Source: an uncultured Nitrospira sp. (GTDB lineage Bacteria; Nitrospirota; Nitrospiria; Nitrospirales; Nitrospiraceae). Taken from it: a stretch of 64,000 nucleotides of DNA. The notes below the pieces were generated by a model. It was not told where the DNA came from and searched no databases. It saw nothing but the letters and a program-made list of their open reading frames with translations. Shown piece by piece: positions 57,678-64,000 of this stretch; within the stretch, counting starts at the first letter, position 1, and each line of letters opens with the position of its first letter. The position numbers and the translations under genes were made by a program. The stretch spans positions 41,947 to 105,946 of the forward strand of contig CAZPNQ010000003.1 of NCBI GenBank assembly GCA_964587955.1, given 5' to 3'.

Positions 57678-58256
57678 ATGAGCGCAACTGACAGGAAGAC
57701 TCGATGCGGTTGGGTCGGCCTGAAACCGCATCTCATTCGGTACCATGATGAGGAATGGGGTGTCCCGGTGCATGACGATCGCAAACATTTCGAGATGCTT
57801 TTACTCGAAGGAGCTCAGGCCGGTTTGACATGGGAGACGATCCTGCTTCGTCGCGAAGGATATCGCAAAGCCTTTGCGGGATTTGATCCTGCTGCAGTCG
57901 CCAGGCTTACATCGCGGAGGAAGGCTGCGTTGATGAAGGACGTCGGGATTATCCGCAATCGATTGAAGATCGAAGCGGCTGTCACGAATGCGCAAGCATT
58001 TCTCGCGGTGCGGAAGGAGTTTGGATCATTCGACCGGTATGTCTGGCGATTTGTCGGTGGGAAGCCGAAACCCAATCGTTGGAACAATCTGAGTCAGGTT
58101 CCGGCAATGACAGCCGAAAGCGATGCGTTATCCAAAGACTTGAAAAAACGAGGCTTCAGATTTGCGGGTAGTACGATCGTGTATGCCTATATGCAGGCAG
58201 CCGGGCTGGTGAATGATCATATCTATGACTGTTTTCTTGGCGGGGAAGGAATTTAA
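57678..58256 (+). CDS. tag: DNA-3-methyladenine glycosylase I
   Basis: RCGW, YHDEEWGVP, LEGAQAGLTW, IIRNRLKI, MQAAGLVNDH. RBS GGAGG. Confidence 0.93.
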   Translation: MSATDRKTRCGWVGLKPHLIRYHDEEWGVPVHDDRKHFEMLLLEGAQAGLTWETILLRREGYRKAFAGFDPAAVARLTSRRKAALMKDVGIIRNRLKIEAAVTNAQAFLAVRKEFGSFDRYVWRFVGGKPKPNRWNNLSQVPAMTAESDALSKDLKKRGFRFAGSTIVYAYMQAAGLVNDHIYDCFLGGEGI

Positions 58257-58301
58257 TGAATCATTCAATATGTATGTATAAAGCGGCGAGACTCACGGAG
58301 A

Positions 58302-58333
58302 AAGCGCAGAGGACACACCCGACCTCTGCGCTT
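58302..58333. terminator. Hairpin between convergent genes
   Basis: AAGCGCAGAGG-N10-CCTCTGCGCTT, a perfect 11-bp stem. The U-tract is weak. Confidence 0.5.
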
Positions 58334-58363
58334 GATCCTTGGCATTCACGGAAAAACTATCGA

Positions 58364-58552
58364 TCAGGCTCTCTGATCGTGTGGGCTTGGCCAAATTGAT
58401 AATGCAGCTGCAACGACCAGCCACACGACACCCACAAGAACCGCCATCATGTTGAGGTCGTACCAAGCGTTTATCCCAAGGAATGCCTCATTGAGAAGGA
58501 CCGCCAGCAGCAACATACTGAATCCAATCCAATTAATGAAACTCATACCCAT
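58364..58552 (-). CDS. Small 2-TM membrane protein (62 aa)
   Basis: RBS AAGGAG. IGFSMLLLAVLLNE...NAWYDLN. Has a tandem paralog. Confidence 0.7.
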   Translation of the reverse strand: MGMSFINWIGFSMLLLAVLLNEAFLGINAWYDLNMMAVLVGVVWLVVAAALSIWPSPHDQRA

Positions 58553-58687
58553 GGATTGTCTCCTTTCTAGTGATGGCCTTTACCGTGCTTCCAATGAACC
58601 CTGAAACGGATTGTCTTCTCCAGCCGGGGCGACGCTCTACGTCACACTTGATCCTAGACATGAAAATGGTCAGTGGGCGAACGGCCA

Positions 58688-58873
58688 TCATGCGTCCTGA
58701 CGACGTGGCCCTCCCCACAGTGATAGCCAAAGTCCGATACTGAGATATAGGATAGCCGGGACAATTACGGAGAGGTTGGAGTCGTACCACACGTTCAAGT
58801 ACACGACCTCATTGAGGAACAGCGCACAGAGCAACATCAGAAAACCTATAATATTGAACCAACGAAAGCCCAC
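58688..58873 (-). CDS. Small 2-TM membrane protein (paralog, 61 aa)
   Basis: GTG 58873 after AAGGAGG. IGFLMLLCALFLNE...NVWYDSN. Confidence 0.7.
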   Translation of the reverse strand: MGFRWFNIIGFLMLLCALFLNEVVYLNVWYDSNLSVIVPAILYLSIGLWLSLWGGPRRQDA

Positions 58874-59053
58874 GAACTGCCTCCTTTCGTTAACATCGTT
58901 GGCTTGTGAGCAACGATTGTGTAATGGTTCCAACCGGGGGCAATTCTACGTCACTCTTGGAACGAAAAGCTACGGTGAAAACAATAGAATTCCCTATGAT
59001 TCGTGAGTCTCATTCGTGCCGTGGTGATATCCAGTGCCACGTTCGGAGGTAAA

Positions 59054-60130
59054 GTGTCTCGAATTATTGCTCACTTAGATATGGATGCGTTTTACGCGGC
59101 CATCGAAGAGCGAGACACTCCAGCTTTTCGGGGGGTCCCCCTCGTGGTTGGCGCAGATCCCCTGGGCGGAAAAGGCCGCGGGGTAGCCTCCACGTCGAAC
59201 TATTTGGCGCGCGCGTACGGAATTCACTCGGCGACGCCGATTTCCACTGCGTGGCGCTTGTCCGAGGCGGCTCGCCGGGCAGGGAAGCCGCCGGCGACCT
59301 TTGTCTCAGTCGACATGCAAAAGTATGCACGGGTTTCGGAGAACGTGATGCGGATCGTACGGCGCTTCATCTCTCACGTGGAACAGGCCAGTATAGACGA
59401 AGTGTACGGTGACATGAGTTGGACCGGATCGTATGAAGAAGCAGAACGCATAGGGTGTCTTCTGAAAGGGGAAATCTATTCGGAGGAACAGCTGACGGCC
59501 TCAATCGGTATCGGGCCGAATAAATTGACCGCCAAAATTGCGTCAGGATGGCGAAAGCCTAACGGGCTCACGGTCGTCCGCGAAGAGGGGGCTGAAGCAT
59601 TTCTCGCCCCACTCACGATCAGAGTCATGCCCGGTATCGGACCCAAAACGGAAGATATCCTTAAGGCCAAGGGCATAAAAATCATCGCGGATATGAAGGC
59701 ACTGACCATCCATCAGCTCGAAACCCTGTTGGGGAAACGCGGCGTGGATCTCTATGAGAAGGTTCGCGCACGAGATGATTCACCGGTTCAGGAATATTTA
59801 GAGCCAAAATCCATCGGTGAGCAGGAGACCTTTGAATCCGATACGCTCGATAGTCAGATGCTCCTCAATCAACTCGACGGACTTGTTCGAGGAGTCATCG
59901 ATCGACTGCGTCATGAAGGGTTTCATTCGTTTCGAACCGTCGTGCTGACTGTTCGATTTGCGGATTTCGTGACCAAGTCACGAGCCCGCACCCTGCCAAT
60001 GGCGACCGATAGCCAATCAGACTTGGGCAGGGAGGCCATGAAGCTCATGCTGCCCTTTCTCGATCGGCGTGAAAATCCACACAGAAAACTCATTCGCTTG
60101 CTCGGTCTTCGGGTGGAGAAGCTAAGCTGA
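59054..60130 (+). CDS. dinB: DNA polymerase IV (Y-family)
   Basis: HLDMDAFYAAIE, SNYLARAYGIHS, SIDE, KPNG, PGIGPK. GTG 59054 after GGAGG. Confidence 0.92.
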   Translation: MSRIIAHLDMDAFYAAIEERDTPAFRGVPLVVGADPLGGKGRGVASTSNYLARAYGIHSATPISTAWRLSEAARRAGKPPATFVSVDMQKYARVSENVMRIVRRFISHVEQASIDEVYGDMSWTGSYEEAERIGCLLKGEIYSEEQLTASIGIGPNKLTAKIASGWRKPNGLTVVREEGAEAFLAPLTIRVMPGIGPKTEDILKAKGIKIIADMKALTIHQLETLLGKRGVDLYEKVRARDDSPVQEYLEPKSIGEQETFESDTLDSQMLLNQLDGLVRGVIDRLRHEGFHSFRTVVLTVRFADFVTKSRARTLPMATDSQSDLGREAMKLMLPFLDRRENPHRKLIRLLGLRVEKLS

Positions 60131-60460
60131 TGCGATGAAGCCCTGCGGTTGCCTTTCGATAACCTACATGTAAAGTTCTTTCTCGCATACCTGATTTATC
60201 TTAGGTGAAGTCAAATACGTGATATGTCGGTCAGTTATGTAACGCCTCCTTAGGGCCTACCTTCCGGTGAAGGACAACCCCTTTCACTATGTATGATTTA
60301 TCATTCACGTGATAATTGTATTGAGAATAAACAAGTTATGAGCACAATACATCGGAGTGATGAATCCATATCCCTTCGCTGTGTAGTTTCGATACATTCC
60401 TTAAAGGGAAGTTAAGAAGGATTTGCTAGGGAATCCACGTACTCCCATTGGCGCTCTGTG

Positions 60461-60475
60461 AGGCATGGCGTTTGC
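60461..60475 (+). promoter_or_regulatory. Probable sigma54 promoter
   Basis: AGGCATGGCGTTTGC (GG-N10-GC) downstream of an AT-rich intergenic region and 40 bp before the ATG. Confidence 0.5.
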
Positions 60476-60514
60476 CTTCTCGGTGAGGGTATTGTTGGAT
60501 TGATCATTGGAGGC

Positions 60515-60958
60515 ATGATGAATATTGGCACAAAGGAAGTCGTCTATGAATCGCATGCATACCGCGTGGAGAATCTAAAAACTGATGCCGCGGTGGTAGG
60601 TACCCATGAAGAAGTGGTGGAGGTTTCATTTCCTTCGCGACGACAAGAGGCGCGTATCAATGAACAAAAGGTGTGTGCCTACAGCTTATGCGAGTCGCTC
60701 GATGGAAAACGAGTGACCATAGAACAGGGACAGGTCTACTGCATCAATAGGAGTGAGCATGGAATCCTCCTGTTAATGGGCAGTCTACCTCGAAAACGGC
60801 AACTGCTGGAACTCCATGTTGCTGAGACTCGATGGGAATACTCTGTGAATTTGTATGAAGTGCAATGGACGAAAATAATACCTGTTGAGTCACAGGGGGA
60901 ACTTTTTCTCGTCGGGTGCCGCTTGGTATTCGGAGCATCTCGATACTGGGCGTTTTGA
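60515..60958 (+). CDS. Hypothetical protein, PilZ-like
   Basis: RRQEAR and NRSEHG resemble the PilZ RxxxR and (D/N)xSxxG motifs. V.WT...VGCR C-terminus. RBS GGAGG. Confidence 0.6.
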   Translation: MMNIGTKEVVYESHAYRVENLKTDAAVVGTHEEVVEVSFPSRRQEARINEQKVCAYSLCESLDGKRVTIEQGQVYCINRSEHGILLLMGSLPRKRQLLELHVAETRWEYSVNLYEVQWTKIIPVESQGELFLVGCRLVFGASRYWAF

Positions 60959-61289
60959 GTTGTAGCGTTTGTATTGTCAGGGATAAAACACAGCATCAGT
61001 GCCTCATCGGGTTATATAACCAGTGATCTCGAAACTGGCGAGGATAGCGACCACGCCATCGCGCGCCACCTTCTGCGTCCTTCCTCTTCGAGTCCGATTT
61101 TTTTGCATCGCTGACTTTAGACCTGCTTCCACTGCCTCAGTGAATTACTCGTGTGCCGCGCCTTTCGCGGTTCTTAAGATGAACGTCTCGCTCCTGAAAC
61201 CACCGACATGTACGAACAATCCGCCTCCCTGCCGAACGGTTTCGTGAATATCGATTGATTGCAAGCCAGGATGGCATTATCCTGCGCGC

Positions 61290-62732
61290 GTGGTCTTCTG
61301 GTTCGTTATCCTCTATCTTCTCCTTTCTGTCGGCATCGGACTTTTCGCCGCCACACGTGTACAGAACTCCAAGGACTTTGCCGTCGCCGGCAGGCGCTTG
61401 CCCTTGGCCGTTGTGGCGGCGACCGTATTTGCAACCTGGTTCGGTGCCGAAGCGGTATTGGGCATCTCGGCTACCTTCGTCAAAGAAGGGCTTCGTGGGG
61501 TTGTCGCCGACCCATTCGGGTCCAGTATGTGTTTGATCCTCGCCGGACTGTTTTTTGCTCCACGCCTGTACCGACTCAATATGCTTACGGTGGGAGATTA
61601 CTATCGGTATCGCTACGACCGTACCGTAGAAGTGTTGTGCACGCTGTGCATTGTCGGGTCGTACTTGGGTTGGGTTGCAGCCCAATTCAAAGTGCTGGGG
61701 TTGGTCCTCAATGTCGTGACGGAGGGCAGTATCAGCCAGCCGGTCGGAATCGTGATCGGTGCAGTCATTGTTCTGACGTATACGACGTTCGGCGGCATGT
61801 TCTCTGTGGCGGTACTCGATTTTGTGCAAATCTCCGTGATCGTGGGTGGGCTTTTGTATATTGCGTCCATCGTCGGGGATCTGGCGGGTGGCATGAGCAC
61901 GGTCGTCACCCACGCAGCCGAGGCGGGCAAACTCGACTTGTTCCCACCGGCCACGATGGCGGCGTGGATTCCATTTGTGGGGGCTTGGATGACGATGATG
62001 CTTGGCTCCATCCCCCAACAGGACGTGTTTCAACGGATTACGTCGGCAAAGGACGAACAGACAGCTGTGCGGGGCTCGCTGATGGGCGCGGTGCTTTATT
62101 TCGCCTTCTGTTTTGTACCGATGTTCCTCGCGTACGCCGCAACCTTGATTGATCCCGCCAAATTCGGAGCATTGTTGGAGCAGGATTCGCAGCTGGTCTT
62201 GCCGACGCTGGTGCTGCAACATACTCCGATCGCGGCACAGGTCATTTTCTTCGGGGCCGTTCTTTCCGCAGTGATGAGTTGTTCAAGCGCGACCTTGCTC
62301 GCGCCGTCGGTGGCTCTAAGCGAGAACGTCATCAGGCCGATGCTTCCACGCTTGGACGATTCTGAATTTCTGCGCCTCATGCGGGTAGTCCTCGTGGGAT
62401 TTGCCTCGGTGGTATTGGTTCTTGCGCTGTGGTCGGACGCATCGATCTACAAGCTGGTGGTGAACACGTACAAGGTTACCCTGGTGGCGGCCTTTTTCCC
62501 GTTGTTTGCGGGACTGTACTGGAAAAGGGCGACGACACAGGGTGCGCTGTGGGCCATCGTCGCCGGGCTCACGAGTTGGCTGGCGTTAGAGCTGGTCAGC
62601 CAGCCGACTGATGTTTGGCCACCGCAGCTCGTCGGATTTGTGATGGCAGGAGCCGGCATGCTCGTGGGATCGTTGTGGCCCTCACAAACGCTTGGAATTC
62701 AGAGGTCTCACGAGAGAGGGAAAGAAGAGTAA
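61290..62732 (+). CDS. Sodium:solute symporter family protein
   Basis: DFAVAGRRL, ATWFGAE, YTTFGGMFSVAVLDFVQ, GSIPQQDVFQR, SAVMS. Confidence 0.9.
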   Translation: MVFWFVILYLLLSVGIGLFAATRVQNSKDFAVAGRRLPLAVVAATVFATWFGAEAVLGISATFVKEGLRGVVADPFGSSMCLILAGLFFAPRLYRLNMLTVGDYYRYRYDRTVEVLCTLCIVGSYLGWVAAQFKVLGLVLNVVTEGSISQPVGIVIGAVIVLTYTTFGGMFSVAVLDFVQISVIVGGLLYIASIVGDLAGGMSTVVTHAAEAGKLDLFPPATMAAWIPFVGAWMTMMLGSIPQQDVFQRITSAKDEQTAVRGSLMGAVLYFAFCFVPMFLAYAATLIDPAKFGALLEQDSQLVLPTLVLQHTPIAAQVIFFGAVLSAVMSCSSATLLAPSVALSENVIRPMLPRLDDSEFLRLMRVVLVGFASVVLVLALWSDASIYKLVVNTYKVTLVAAFFPLFAGLYWKRATTQGALWAIVAGLTSWLALELVSQPTDVWPPQLVGFVMAGAGMLVGSLWPSQTLGIQRSHERGKEE

Positions 62733-62907
62733 GAGCGATGCCCGCATAATCCTCAGATCAGTTTCTCGAATCACACGCCCCTGCAGCTTGGCAACGTTCC
62801 TTGCCGATCTCAGCATAGTTCGGCTCAGTTCACTCCCATTGATTCAAGTTCTTCCTCAACTCAGCCGATAGCGTTACCGGAGAACTTCTTGGAGGGCGAG
62901 ATCCGTT

Positions 62908-64000
62908 ATGGCAGCGATAAGTCCTCTCCGATTTGCCCGATATCGAGCGCGCACAATGTTGCGGACTATCGTTGTTTCGATAGCTCTGGTTTCCTTAACC
63001 GGCTGTCTTGTCAAACCGCATGCTTTGAACAAGGAAGAGGTGAAGGCTCGGGCGGTGAAGGATTTTCAAACTATTTTCTCGATTGAGGAACCGATTGCCG
63101 GGCCGATCGACCTCTACGAAGCCACCGCGCGCGCTATGAAGTACAACCTGGATGCGAAGATCAAAACGATGCAAATTCAATTGGCGCATCAGCAGCTCAA
63201 TATCGCGCACTATTCCTTGCTTCCCCAAGTCTCCGCAAACGCCGGTTTCGATGGGCGCAATAGCTTCAGCGGTGGTGTCGGGCAATCGATCATCACCGGA
63301 CGCCAAGCGGTTGAACCGTTCACTTCATCGGAAAAGAACGTTACGTACGGCAATCTCGCCTTGAGTTGGGACGTCCTGGACTTCGGGTTGTCGTTCGTGC
63401 GGGCTCAGCAGGCCGCCGACAACGTGATGATAGCGGAGGAGGAAAAGCGGCGCATCGCCGTTCGGCTCGTACAGGAAGTTCGAAGCGCATATTGGCGGGC
63501 CGTGAGTGCGGAACGCGTCCTCCCGCGGATCCAGTTTTTGAATGAATCGGTCACCAAGGCATTGGAGAGCGCCCAGCTCATCGTCGACCGAAAGCTGCAG
63601 GCTCCGCTGACTCCTCTCAACTATCAACGGGATCTGCTCAATATACAGCGGGAAGTTCGACGGCTCTTTCGTGAGCTCAGTACGGCGAAGACGCAACTGG
63701 CTTCGATGATGGGCGTGCCGCCCGGAGCTCAGTTTGATCTGGTCATACCACCGAGCGAAACCTCGGTGCCGGTGATCAACATGGATAGTCAGAAGATGGA
63801 AGAACAGGCGCTCCTACTCAGACCTGAGCTGCGAGCGATTGACTATAAGAAGCGAATCAATGCCAGAGAAGTAAAGGCGGTATTCTTGGAGCTCTTTCCC
63901 AGCCTCAAGGTTTCGTTCGGCGGATACTATAACAGCAACAGCTTACTCTTCTACCAGAACTGGCTGACTTATGCCGCCCAAGTGAGTTGGAACCTGCTGT
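62908..64000 (+). CDS. TolC family outer membrane lipoprotein (runs off the window end)
   Basis: Absent from the ORF track (no stop in the window). Reads MAAISP...SLTGCLVKP...LYEATARAMKYNLD...LSWDVLDFGLS...EVRSAYWRA...RPELR. Start 62908 or 62956. Confidence 0.82.
   Translation, partial: MAAISPLRFARYRARTMLRTIVVSIALVSLTGCLVKPHALNKEEVKARAVKDFQTIFSIEEPIAGPIDLYEATARAMKYNLDAKIKTMQIQLAHQQLNIAHYSLLPQVSANAGFDGRNSFSGGVGQSIITGRQAVEPFTSSEKNVTYGNLALSWDVLDFGLSFVRAQQAADNVMIAEEEKRRIAVRLVQEVRSAYWRAVSAERVLPRIQFLNESVTKALESAQLIVDRKLQAPLTPLNYQRDLLNIQREVRRLFRELSTAKTQLASMMGVPPGAQFDLVIPPSETSVPVINMDSQKMEEQALLLRPELRAIDYKKRINAREVKAVFLELFPSLKVSFGGYYNSNSLLFYQNWLTYAAQVSWNLL

Noticed and set aside
61272..61286. TGGCATTATCCTGC as a sigma54 promoter
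   Set aside because: The GG-GC spacing is 9 bp, not the required 10.
61137..62222. 361-aa minus-strand and 297-aa alternative-frame ORFs over the symporter
   Set aside because: Shadows of the sodium:solute symporter gene.

Overview
A 64 kb chromosomal segment, probably from a Nitrospira (inferred from the intergenic repeat families and gene styles, not from a marker gene). It is almost entirely + strand coding and has no rRNA, tRNA, CRISPR, integrase or transposase. From start to end it holds: a 5'-truncated ATP-grasp-like gene divergent from a CxxCxxCC Fe-S/DUF2156 fusion and a hybrid kinase; an orphan CbbQ/NirQ ATPase; tandem glycine-zipper lipoproteins; a TetR-controlled ABC exporter; a redox/detox operon (NmrA, DsbA, VOC, SnoaL, cupin); an atypical acyl-CoA dehydrogenase next to a pseudo-receiver hybrid kinase; a GH15 hydrolase; a phosphatase; an NDH-2/cNMP/CBS fusion; two paralogous RND pumps; a GAF-sigma54 activator cassette; a decayed toxin-antitoxin pair; a DNA-repair cluster (AlkA, ligase, Tag, DinB); a Na+/solute symporter; and a 3'-truncated TolC gene. 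The best candidates for undescribed systems are (i) the ACAD plus pseudo-receiver kinase pair, (ii) a sigma54 regulon linking two operons 28 kb apart through matching promoters and enhancer-like repeats, and (iii) the ATP-grasp / Fe-S-DUF2156 locus. All family calls come from motif recognition by eye, without database searches.
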